64,000 nt of DNA from Salinispira sp. (lineage in GTDB: Bacteria > Spirochaetota > Spirochaetia > DSM-27196 > Salinispiraceae): assembly GCA_965602015.1 (NCBI GenBank), contig OZ271918.1:3296001-3360000 (forward strand), written 5' to 3'. This document shows positions 1 through 9,246 of the stretch, piece after piece (the stretch's first letter is position 1; every line of letters starts with the position of its first letter). The notes beneath the pieces are model-generated. The model had not been told where the DNA came from. It did not search any database and saw nothing but the letters and a program-made list of their open reading frames with translations. Both the position numbers and the translations under genes were made by a program.

Positions 1-99
1 AATGCGCCTTCCCGGACGCTAAAAGCTTTACCTTGCGAAATCAGCAGCGGCCGGGTTACTATACAACGGTTTTTCCTACAAAAACCCAGGAACGAGAAC

Positions 100-1194
100 A
101 TGGAGACCAGCACTAAAAAAGGCGTCATCGACATCCCCATGCGGGTCATCTTTACTGATGACGGCGTCTCCTATTTCACACAGAGCGGTAAAAAAATCAA
201 CCGGTTCAAACTTTCCGACGGTGTTGAGGAATACGGCATCCATGTTGTCGATTTCAGTCCGGCGACCATTCAGCGCATGCAGCTTCTCGATTACATCAGC
301 AAACTCGAGCTTCCATTAACCGACGTGGTTTCGAAACGAAGGGAAATAATCGACTTAATCAAACTGATGACCTACGGCATGCTGTACCGGCAGTTCAACA
401 CCCGCCTTTTTGAGGAGGTGGTCGAGTCGGAGATGATTATGCATTACAATCGGCACAACATAAAAAACCCCATCGACTACCGAACGAAAATAAATCAGGC
501 GGTACTCAACAATTTCTTCCAGAAAAACATGGCCGCGGTACATGAAATTAAAACCCTGATGGTCAAACCCATACTCAAACGACTGGAGGGGAGCGACAGC
601 CTGCAGGATTCTGAAAAAGAGCAGTACAGTCATCTTGCCCGCAAGTACCTGGACAACTTGAATTCCCTCATTTACTTTATTCTCAGCATCCATCGGGGCT
701 CCAGCGGTTATTACGAGCTGATCCGAAGCGGACAGCAGCTGCTCTCGCAGTTTATGGACAAGGCCAGCATTCCCGAGTATCTGGCCTTGATGCTGGTCGA
801 ACTGCTGATGAACATGGCCATGAGCGACACTCAAAGTTCCGCCCTGAAGAAGCTCCTCGATGACGACAATATTTACGTGTTGTTGCGGCTCAGTAAAAAG
901 CGCCATGAAAAAGGTGACCGCTCCCGCATGCATTTCATGATCTCGAATCAAAAGTCCGGTTTCGAGGATATGAAGCAAAAAATAAACAACCGCATCACAA
1001 CAAATATCAGCGGAAAGAGCCTGAAAGATTTCTACGAGGGCACACCGGAGATTGCGGAAAACATGAACCTGGGCCTGTACTATCTTTCCTACCTCAATGA
1101 GGCCTGTAAAAAAGTCCATATCAATTTCGAGAGCTTTGTGAACCGCAACGAGACCGACGCCACAACCACCATCCACATCATCCTCACTATCTGA
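100..1194 (+). CDS. Hypothetical protein (364 aa)
   Basis: Long ORF with protein-like composition and GAG upstream; no motif recognised. Confidence 0.75.
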   Translation: METSTKKGVIDIPMRVIFTDDGVSYFTQSGKKINRFKLSDGVEEYGIHVVDFSPATIQRMQLLDYISKLELPLTDVVSKRREIIDLIKLMTYGMLYRQFNTRLFEEVVESEMIMHYNRHNIKNPIDYRTKINQAVLNNFFQKNMAAVHEIKTLMVKPILKRLEGSDSLQDSEKEQYSHLARKYLDNLNSLIYFILSIHRGSSGYYELIRSGQQLLSQFMDKASIPEYLALMLVELLMNMAMSDTQSSALKKLLDDDNIYVLLRLSKKRHEKGDRSRMHFMISNQKSGFEDMKQKINNRITTNISGKSLKDFYEGTPEIAENMNLGLYYLSYLNEACKKVHINFESFVNRNETDATTTIHIILTI

Positions 1195-1232
1195 CCGGCC
1201 GCAGGGAAATGGGCCGCACACACCAGGTAATC

Positions 1233-1274
1233 TTGAATATGATTCAGGAATAGAGTATATTGAATCAAAGTTCA
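1233..1274 (+). promoter_or_regulatory. Sigma70-type promoter of the TetR gene with overlapping inverted-repeat operators
   Basis: TTGAAT(1233)-17 bp-TATATT(1256); TGAA-N5-TTCA at 1234-1246 and TGAA-N6-TTCA at 1261-1274. Confidence 0.55.
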
Positions 1275-1289
1275 AAATTTGAGGGTGTT

Positions 1290-1874
1290 ATGGCCAGACA
1301 ACAGGACGAAGAAAAGCGGGTAAAAATCCTCCAGGCCGCCATTAAGGCCTTCGGTGATCAGGGATTTACCAACACTACCATGAAGGATATCGCCATAGCA
1401 TCGGGCATCGCCCCGGGGTCTATCTATACCTACTTCAAAGACAAGGAAGTGCTGTTTATATCCGCCGTAAATGCGGTGTGGAAAAAGTTTTACCGGCAGC
1501 TCAACAGCATCCTTCACTCGGAAATGGAAATCCAGGACCGGATAACCGCAATCACCAATTACGGCTTCGACATTCTCAAGGAACTCCATCCGCTTGTACG
1601 GGGCATGTATCAGGAAGCGAACAGGCTCAACCTCTTCCGTAAAAACCTCGTACGGGTCAGCAATCAGCTCTCCGCCCTCTTTGACCGTCCTGAGGCCGCC
1701 GCCTATCCTCTCTCGAAATACGACCCCGAATCCCGGGCCTACCTTCTCAAACTCTGGATATCCGGTATTTTGTTCACCTTTTCATCGGTATCCAACACCA
1801 GGCTCAAGGATGAAATTTCAAAAATGAAAATCCTCATCTCCCAGGGCCTTACCCCAGACAGCTCAGGGGCCTGA
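1290..1874 (+). CDS. TetR/AcrR family transcriptional regulator
   Basis: N-terminal HTH ILQAAIKAFGDQGFTNTTMKDIAIASGIAPGSIYTYFKDKEVLF; ATG 1290 follows GAGGG. Confidence 0.9.
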   Translation: MARQQDEEKRVKILQAAIKAFGDQGFTNTTMKDIAIASGIAPGSIYTYFKDKEVLFISAVNAVWKKFYRQLNSILHSEMEIQDRITAITNYGFDILKELHPLVRGMYQEANRLNLFRKNLVRVSNQLSALFDRPEAAAYPLSKYDPESRAYLLKLWISGILFTFSSVSNTRLKDEISKMKILISQGLTPDSSGA

Positions 1875-1918
1875 GCGCTATCTTGATTTAATGAACTTCC
1901 CGGTCGTACAATGATGCG

Positions 1919-3604
1919 GTGCAGGGACTACAAAGACTGGAAAAACTCAGACACGAGTTGAGGACCTATCTTAATCACATAATCGGGTACGCGGAAATCC
2001 TGAAGACCGATGCTCTTGAATACGGTCGGGGATCCTATCTTGGCGGGCTGGAAAGCGTTAGTTCGAAAGCAGACAAGATCCGTCGGCTCATCAGTTTTTT
2101 TCTCGACGCCGACTCGGATTACCTCGACATGGCCACATCCGAAGATATAAAGAAGGCGTTTTTTGTTCCCCTGATGCAGATTATTACCGATACCCGCCGG
2201 CTCATCGTTCAATTCAAACGAGAGGACCCCTCATTTGTACCCGACGGAGAACAAATTCTCCACGTGGCCAATCAAATGCTCCAGCTTGTCGAGGAGGAAA
2301 TCATCGACATCCAGCTGGAGGAGCTCTACGAAAATCAGGAGGAGGAAGAACGCTCCTTCCCCACCGTAACTTCCAGCAGAAGCCAACAGGACCCGGACAT
2401 TCCGGATTTCCGGGAGTTCGATTTTGAAGAAGATTTCCAGGGAGAAAAGGCCCGGAATCCGGGCAACATCCTCCTCGTGGACGATTCGTCGGCTTCGAGG
2501 GTGCTCATAAACCGGCATTTATCGGCTCTGGGCCACAGGATCAGCGAGGCTGCTTCCGGCGAAGAAGCCCTCAGTATGCTCGGTGATTTCCGCCCCGACC
2601 TCATCATTCTCGATGTACTTATGCCTGACATGACCGGCTATCAGGTGTTGCGTGAGCTCAAACGCCACGGCGAAACCAGGGAAATACCGGTTATTATGCT
2701 TTCTGCTGTACAGAATTCCGAGAGCATCGCCCAATGCATAAAAATGGGTGCCGAGGACTATCTTCCCAAGGATTACGAGCCGACTATTCTCAAGGCGCGG
2801 ATCGACGCCAGCATCGAGAAAACCCGTCTCCAGGAGGAGCGTGAGCAGTACACACGAGCCCTGCTCGAAAGCCAAAACGCACTGGCCGGGGAACTGCGGG
2901 AAGCGGCAAACTACATAACGAATCAGCTTCCCCAGCCGCTTTCCGGGGACATCCAGAGCAGTCTCTACTTTAATCCCTCGGCTCAGCTCGGAGGGGATTT
3001 TTTTAATCATTTTTGGCTTGATGCGGAGAATCTCTGCATCTTTCTTCTGGACGCCAGCGGACACGGAATACGTTCAGCCCTGCTGGCAATCAGCATCTCC
3101 CATCTGCTGGGTACCCGGAGTCTTCCGGGCACGAGTTTTACCAATCCGGCTTCGGTGCTGGCTAACCTCAACCGCAATTTCCAGATTGAGGAAGAGAATT
3201 CCAGTTTTTTTACCATCTGGTACGGAGTATACAACCGGCGGGAAAATATCCTCAGGTATTCTGCCGCCGGAGCGGCTCCCGCGGTTCTGATGAAGCCCGG
3301 CGCCGATGCCCCTGTTCTACTGGGCAGCGAAGACCTCATAATCGGCGCCCTCGATGAAACGGAATACAATCAGTACGAACAGAAGATAGGCAAGGGCGAC
3401 AGGCTGTTTTTATTCAGCGACGGAGTCTATGAGATTACCCGCAGTAACGGAAAAATTCTCGGAATAGAAGAGTTTATCGAACTGATCCGGCTAACGCCGG
3501 GAGAACTCGATCAGGATCTCTCCCAGGTGCTCACCCAGATTGAAGCCCTCTCGGTAAGCGAAAATTTCGAGGATGACATTAGCATCCTCGAAATTCAGTT
3601 TTAA
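1919..3604 (+). CDS. Response-regulator receiver plus PP2C/SpoIIE phosphatase with N-terminal HisKA-like helices
   Basis: RHELRTYLNHIIGY; ILLVDDS...LIILDVLMP...DYLPK (REC); GGDFF, DASGHG, FSDGVYE, DDIS (PP2C). Confidence 0.9.
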   Translation: MQGLQRLEKLRHELRTYLNHIIGYAEILKTDALEYGRGSYLGGLESVSSKADKIRRLISFFLDADSDYLDMATSEDIKKAFFVPLMQIITDTRRLIVQFKREDPSFVPDGEQILHVANQMLQLVEEEIIDIQLEELYENQEEEERSFPTVTSSRSQQDPDIPDFREFDFEEDFQGEKARNPGNILLVDDSSASRVLINRHLSALGHRISEAASGEEALSMLGDFRPDLIILDVLMPDMTGYQVLRELKRHGETREIPVIMLSAVQNSESIAQCIKMGAEDYLPKDYEPTILKARIDASIEKTRLQEEREQYTRALLESQNALAGELREAANYITNQLPQPLSGDIQSSLYFNPSAQLGGDFFNHFWLDAENLCIFLLDASGHGIRSALLAISISHLLGTRSLPGTSFTNPASVLANLNRNFQIEEENSSFFTIWYGVYNRRENILRYSAAGAAPAVLMKPGADAPVLLGSEDLIIGALDETEYNQYEQKIGKGDRLFLFSDGVYEITRSNGKILGIEEFIELIRLTPGELDQDLSQVLTQIEALSVSENFEDDISILEIQF

Positions 3605-3611
3605 ACCGGAA

Positions 3612-6600
3612 CTACTTACCGTCCCCGGCCTTCCCTTTCTTGCCAGCCTGCTTTGCCGGCGCTCCGGACTTTTTTGCGCCAGCAGGTTTTTTCGCCGCAG
3701 AAGCTTTTTTTGCCTTGGCAGCGGGTTTTTCCGGACCGATGAGGGAATTCACCTTGTATCCGCTTTTATCCATTCTCTTGAGCCAGTCACGGCTCCTGGC
3801 ATACACCTTCTTAACCAGGGTCTGAGTAATCTTGTCGGCAGTGACAAGATGATAAAAGCCGGACCACCAGGTAAAATCTTCGAAGGATTCCTTATTGAAC
3901 CAGATGTCGCCGTTGAAATAATTCGAACCGATGGCATCCAGGATAAGCTGGTGATTGACCGCTTCCCGTAAATCCTGGGGAGCCGGCGACTTTTCCCCTG
4001 CGCCCCATAGCTCGTAGGTTTCCAGCCAGCGGAAGGTCGCGGCAACGCCGGGATCAAATCCCAATTTTTCGACAATCTTCGCTTCGAGATACCATTCTTC
4101 ATCATATTTCCCCAGGCAGTGGAGAATGAGGAAGCTCAAGAGTCTCGTCTCGGTATTATAGTGGCTGTGCACCGGTTTGAGGAAATACTGATATTCCGGG
4201 CCGTCCTGGGCAGCCGCCTCCAGCTGCATCAATTGGGAAATATTGTTAATACCCTGTGCAAAACTATCGGCCGCCTTGTGGGCAAAATCTGCATCGTCGG
4301 TGAAATCGACCACGGACTCGGCAAATACCCGATAGGGATCCACCAGCGCGCTCTTTTCTTTCGCAGTTTTTTTACCGCCTGTGCGCAGGTAATCCACAAA
4401 CTTATCCACATATTCTGCAGTGAAGAAGGCTGAGAAGGCATCATAGACCGGCTTTAATACGATATCGCGGATTCCCTGTGCAATATCCGGAACTCCCTTG
4501 CCCTCGAGGCGATCGTGCAGCTGCCGATAGTGATGGAACTGGTTATCCCATACCTCGTGGATGTCGAGAAATACCTGAGATTCATAGCCGTTCAGGGCGA
4601 AGTACATGCCTTTCTCATGGATCTCCGATGACTTGCGGATGTACCACAGGCCGCTTTTGGTCTCGCGGAAGAGCATCCAGGCGTTATCCGCAGCGTGGAG
4701 CTTCAGCGCTTCGGCGAGGTTTTTCCGCATGGGCGTTTTATTGCCGCCGGCGGTTTTTTCCACGTATCCCGCGGATTCCTTGATGTAGCCTGAGCAGCGT
4801 TCATAACTGTTGTTGAACGCAACCAGTGCGCTCTCCAGGGCGGTGGCATTGGTGTAGGCAAAGACGTTTTCATTCACCCCCCCGGCGTCGCTGTAGAAGT
4901 CGAAGAGGAAGAAGTTCTCAACTCCTGAAAAGAGGTAGCGTTTCTTCATGAGCGGGAAAATCTCCCGCTCGTGACGCTCCACCATCCACTGGTTCGGCTG
5001 CTCGTCCTTATAGGCTTTCTGGAACTCCATGCCGTACTTTTCCGTGTATCCTTCAACCTGACCGTGACCAATCATCGGGAGGCCGGGCATGGTAACCATC
5101 ATGCTGCAGACACCAAAATACTTGTCGCCGTCGCCGAACTGGGCAATGGCCGTGTCCTCATCGGGATTATTCATAAAATTGACGAAGCGCTTGAGGATGT
5201 CCTTGTCGAATTCGATGGTATTTTTGATGGTCATCCGGTACTTGGCGTTGTCTTCGTTTTTGAGCATGTTCATAAAGGCCGAGTTGTATACCCTGTGCAT
5301 GCCCAGGGTCCGGACGAAATACCCTTCCATCATCCAAAAAGCCTCGGCGAGCAGCAGGGTGTCGGGCACCTCCTCGGCGACCCGGTCGACCACTTCGCGC
5401 CAGAATTCTTCGGGCATCAGTTTGTTGAAATCCGCCCAGGTCATACCGTATTCCGACCGGGAAGCGATGTCTCCTCCGCTGCCCGGTTCGGGGAACCAGA
5501 GGCGGTGGATGTGCTTTTTCGCAAGCGTCATGGCAGCATCAAAGCGAATAATGGGGAAATTCCTGGCGACGTGGAGGATGGTCTGGATTACCGCTTCCCG
5601 GACTTCGGGCATAAGGTAATTGAGCTGAGCCGTATCGTTCCAGGGCATGTGGGTTCCGTCGTTGCCGTGGTAGATGTAGCGGGTATCGCCGCTATCAAAA
5701 TCAACCCGCTTGAAAACGACAGACGCGTCGCTCTGGTCGTAGTAATGATCTTCCAGGTATATCCCTATTCCCGGATTGGATGAGAGGTTCTCGCTATTAA
5801 AGCTGTAGGACGGATACGGGGGGTAACTCAGCTGAAGGTACCAATCGGGATGATTGTGGACCCACTCGCTGTCGATGCCCGTATGATTCGGCACCATATC
5901 GGAGGCCAGGCGGATGCCCCGGCGGGCGCAGCGGTCTCTCAGTTGATTAAGGCCGTCCCAGCCGCCGATGGCCCATGCGATTTCCGAATTGTATAGTGCG
6001 TAAGCCGAGGCAGCGGCATCGGGATTTCCGCAGCGGTGCTTGATCTGACGGGAAGCGTCGCTTCTCTCCCACAAGCCGATGAGCCATAGGGCATTAAAGC
6101 CCCGCGAGGCAAGCAGATCCAGTTCCTCATCGGGAATTTGGTCGAGGGTGCGGATTTCCCGCCCGTACTGCTTGCTGAGCTGATCGAGCCAGACCAGGGT
6201 GCTTTTGGCGAGGAGAACAACGTTGGGCATCCAGTCCGAATCAGCGGAAAAACGCTCGTATTCTTCCAGGCCATTAAAGCTGTAGGCATCCATAAGTCCC
6301 TTGGTGAAGCCGCCGCGGTTGCGGGCGGCGAAGGCGTTGACTTCGTTGAGGTAGTCAATGGCCCTCAGCAGTTTCAGAAATAGGTCTCCGAGGATGTAGC
6401 CCCAACGGTCCCGGATGTATTCGAGCTGCTTTTGCAGGGAGTCGGGATACAAAAGGGCGGGAGTTCGCATCATGGTGAACAGGTCCTGGGAATCCGGTCC
6501 GAATGCCGGAAGATCCTGCAGGAACAACCTGATTTCCTCGATTATAAGCAGATAAGAGCTGTTTTGACGAAGGGCCGCATCGTCTATCAGGGCGGATCCC

Positions 6601-7076
6601 ACGGAATACGCCGGGTTCTCATTACTGAGAAACGCCATAAGCATTTCCTCGATGGCGATCTCGTAGCCCGACTCCCCCTCGTCGAGGCTCTCCAGATAGG
6701 CGTCGACGGTCATCTCGTTGGTAAAGACCGCAGTGGGAGGAAATTCCCCGAGGAATTTTCGAATGCTTCCGTGCAGCCTGTTCTCACCGATTTTTTGCAA
6801 AAGGGTTTCATAGAGCCGGGATAAAAGGGCTTCCCCGACGCTCTCCCGGTACTGGGCGGCCAGAACATGGAAGGCCTCGTCGATGAGGCCCATTGCGTAG
6901 AGATCCTCGGTCCGCAGCTCGGACAGGGACTCATCATCGGCAAAACGCTGAATGGTCTTCCTGGCCGACGCCAAATCGGCGAAAACCGCCGTCCCCCTCG
7001 ATGAGAACAGTCCCGTGCTTAACCCAAAGCGCTTCCGAGCCCCAGCCCTGATGTGAAATTCCCGTAAGCCTCCCAT
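3612..7076 (-). CDS. Alpha-amylase family (GH13) glycosyl hydrolase
   Basis: DMVPNHTG, IRFDAAM, LLAEAFW conserved regions. Confidence 0.9.
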   Translation of the reverse strand: MGGLREFHIRAGARKRFGLSTGLFSSRGTAVFADLASARKTIQRFADDESLSELRTEDLYAMGLIDEAFHVLAAQYRESVGEALLSRLYETLLQKIGENRLHGSIRKFLGEFPPTAVFTNEMTVDAYLESLDEGESGYEIAIEEMLMAFLSNENPAYSVGSALIDDAALRQNSSYLLIIEEIRLFLQDLPAFGPDSQDLFTMMRTPALLYPDSLQKQLEYIRDRWGYILGDLFLKLLRAIDYLNEVNAFAARNRGGFTKGLMDAYSFNGLEEYERFSADSDWMPNVVLLAKSTLVWLDQLSKQYGREIRTLDQIPDEELDLLASRGFNALWLIGLWERSDASRQIKHRCGNPDAAASAYALYNSEIAWAIGGWDGLNQLRDRCARRGIRLASDMVPNHTGIDSEWVHNHPDWYLQLSYPPYPSYSFNSENLSSNPGIGIYLEDHYYDQSDASVVFKRVDFDSGDTRYIYHGNDGTHMPWNDTAQLNYLMPEVREAVIQTILHVARNFPIIRFDAAMTLAKKHIHRLWFPEPGSGGDIASRSEYGMTWADFNKLMPEEFWREVVDRVAEEVPDTLLLAEAFWMMEGYFVRTLGMHRVYNSAFMNMLKNEDNAKYRMTIKNTIEFDKDILKRFVNFMNNPDEDTAIAQFGDGDKYFGVCSMMVTMPGLPMIGHGQVEGYTEKYGMEFQKAYKDEQPNQWMVERHEREIFPLMKKRYLFSGVENFFLFDFYSDAGGVNENVFAYTNATALESALVAFNNSYERCSGYIKESAGYVEKTAGGNKTPMRKNLAEALKLHAADNAWMLFRETKSGLWYIRKSSEIHEKGMYFALNGYESQVFLDIHEVWDNQFHHYRQLHDRLEGKGVPDIAQGIRDIVLKPVYDAFSAFFTAEYVDKFVDYLRTGGKKTAKEKSALVDPYRVFAESVVDFTDDADFAHKAADSFAQGINNISQLMQLEAAAQDGPEYQYFLKPVHSHYNTETRLLSFLILHCLGKYDEEWYLEAKIVEKLGFDPGVAATFRWLETYELWGAGEKSPAPQDLREAVNHQLILDAIGSNYFNGDIWFNKESFEDFTWWSGFYHLVTADKITQTLVKKVYARSRDWLKRMDKSGYKVNSLIGPEKPAAKAKKASAAKKPAGAKKSGAPAKQAGKKGKAGDGK

Positions 7077-7134
7077 ACGGTTCCCCCTTTATGTCTGGTA
7101 CAGATCATTGTAAACCATAAACGGCCATACCGCA

Positions 7135-9117
7135 TCAGACAGTACGCCCTCTCCTGGTCTCGCTCGTTGAATTTACCATGGCGGTAAAATCGGTGTTTTT
7201 TCTCAGGTCTTCGACCTTCATGGGAAATCGGTATGACCAGTTGCGGTCCTGCACAGTTCCGGGGATGTTAACCCGTTCATCTCTGCTGTCTTCAACCCGG
7301 TAATCATCGCTCATGGCGAAAAAATCCTGCATCTGGAAAACCGCTATGGCCGATGAGGTATCTAGCAGCCTTCGAATGACCTCCCGTGCGGTCGTTGAGC
7401 TGTATTCCTGCGGGCAGGAGCGGTTCATACCGAGGCTTGCCCAGAAATCCTCCTTGCCGTCCTCGTGTTCCCACCATTCTCTGAGAGTGCTGGTGTCGTG
7501 TACCGAAGGCGCGCATACCGAGGTAAATGGGTATTCGGTGTGGGGAATGTAAGGATCTCCAGGTTCGCCCCAGCGGCGGGCCCAGCGGGGGATTTTTAAT
7601 CCGAGGATATCGAGGGATTCAAGCACCCTTGGCACGCAGTCGGGAACAACTCCCAGATCCTCGGCGCAGGTCAGCATGGGGACGGTGTCTCTCATAAAAG
7701 ACAATAGCTGATACCCGTGTTCCTCCCAAAGCTGTTCGCTTTCCCAGCCCTTCCGGCTGACCAGCTCTTCAAGGGCGTGTTTTTCATGGTCGAACAGGCC
7801 CTGATAACGGGAGCAGTTTCTGAATGTCCAACTCGCGGCGAAACTGTGCTCTCCCACAGGTATAAAACTGCGGTCCCGGTACATCTCCAAAAGGACGGTT
7901 TTTACCTTGTCATCGAAGGGCATTTCAAGAATCGCCCGTTCACCGTCGATTTCATCCTTGAATAAATACAGATCCTCATTGCCCAGTTTGTTAAAACAGC
8001 GGGCAATGACCTCCAGGGCGGCTGTCCCGAAGGCATTTTGAATCTGATGACCCCGGACATGGGGTTCGGAAAGCCACTTGATTCGCCCGACGTCGTAGCC
8101 TATGCCGTGCAGCTCATGGCGTTCGAGGAAGCGCGACGGATTGAAGTAGCCCAGTATGCCCTCTTTCTGCCTCTGGGGTACGGTCCATATCCGGAAAAAC
8201 CCGAGAACATGATCAATACGGTAGGCTTCGTAAAATTTATCAGCCTGCTTTAGCCTGAGCTTCCACCAGTCATAATCCCGTTCTTTCAGACGTTCCCAGT
8301 TATACACCGGGAAGCCCCAGTTCTGTCCAAGTTCGGCAAACATATCCGGCGGTGCGCCGGCCCGGAGATCGAGGGTAAAAATATCCCGGTGGGCCCAGAC
8401 GTCTGCGCTGTCCTCATTCATGAGGATGGGTATGTCGCCCTTGAGGGTGATTCCCATTTTATCAAGGGAAACCGCGGCTTTTCTGAACTGTTCTTCCAGG
8501 CGGAACTGGACCCAGGCGTAAAACAGGTTACTGTCCCCCTGCTTTTTGTCGGACCAGAGCGAGGCAATATCATCCAGGCTGATTTCCTGGTGCTTCGGCC
8601 ATTCCCTCCATGAACGGTAGTCATTCTGCTGCTTTATACTTCGAAAAACAGCATATTCCTTGACCCAGGGATTCTCGTCGATCCACGCGCTAAACTTCAC
8701 GTCTTTCAGAATTGCTGTACGCCCGATGTCGTATATTTTCCAAAGAATCGCCAGTTTTTGCTCGAGCACCTGATGGTATTCCAGACGGGGGGCCTTCTCG
8801 TGCCTGCCCAGGACCTTAATTAGGCCGTCGATCTCTACTCGCTGCTCCTTGGATAGGTTCTTGTATTCCGGCACTTCCCCGATCCTTATGAACAGGGGAT
8901 GAAGTGCGTAGGCGCTGAGAGCTGAATATGGGGACGGATCTCCGCCGGTGTCATTGACCGGGAGGAGCTGAATCAGGTCGAGTCCGGCTTCGATACACCA
9001 TTTGCCGAGTTCGATTAGGTCGAGAAAATCGCCGGTGCCCTGGGATTTCTTGGTTTTTAGCGAGAAAACCGGCACGAGGACGCCGGTTTTGTAGCGGGAA
9101 AATCCAGAAAATTTCAT
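7135..9117 (-). CDS. malQ: 4-alpha-glucanotransferase (GH77)
   Basis: QLLPVNDT...SPYS, GAPPDMF..GQNWGFP, YRIDHVLGFFR, AEDLG, HDTSTLR, NIPGT. Confidence 0.93.
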   Translation of the reverse strand: MKFSGFSRYKTGVLVPVFSLKTKKSQGTGDFLDLIELGKWCIEAGLDLIQLLPVNDTGGDPSPYSALSAYALHPLFIRIGEVPEYKNLSKEQRVEIDGLIKVLGRHEKAPRLEYHQVLEQKLAILWKIYDIGRTAILKDVKFSAWIDENPWVKEYAVFRSIKQQNDYRSWREWPKHQEISLDDIASLWSDKKQGDSNLFYAWVQFRLEEQFRKAAVSLDKMGITLKGDIPILMNEDSADVWAHRDIFTLDLRAGAPPDMFAELGQNWGFPVYNWERLKERDYDWWKLRLKQADKFYEAYRIDHVLGFFRIWTVPQRQKEGILGYFNPSRFLERHELHGIGYDVGRIKWLSEPHVRGHQIQNAFGTAALEVIARCFNKLGNEDLYLFKDEIDGERAILEMPFDDKVKTVLLEMYRDRSFIPVGEHSFAASWTFRNCSRYQGLFDHEKHALEELVSRKGWESEQLWEEHGYQLLSFMRDTVPMLTCAEDLGVVPDCVPRVLESLDILGLKIPRWARRWGEPGDPYIPHTEYPFTSVCAPSVHDTSTLREWWEHEDGKEDFWASLGMNRSCPQEYSSTTAREVIRRLLDTSSAIAVFQMQDFFAMSDDYRVEDSRDERVNIPGTVQDRNWSYRFPMKVEDLRKNTDFTAMVNSTSETRRGRTV

Positions 9118-9246
9118 CTGATACCTCTGTTGAGAAAAGTGCTCATTATTTTATGGTTCAGTTATAAGTTTAACAGATGATCGCCCATGTTGCGAGGCCC
9201 GTTTTTCCTTCCGCATTCCCTCCAAATCTGCTACCCTGAGGTCATC

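Noticed and set aside
4390..4410. Two DnaA-box-like 9-mers inside the GH13 gene
   Set aside because: Explained by coding of VDKFVDY; no surrounding cluster
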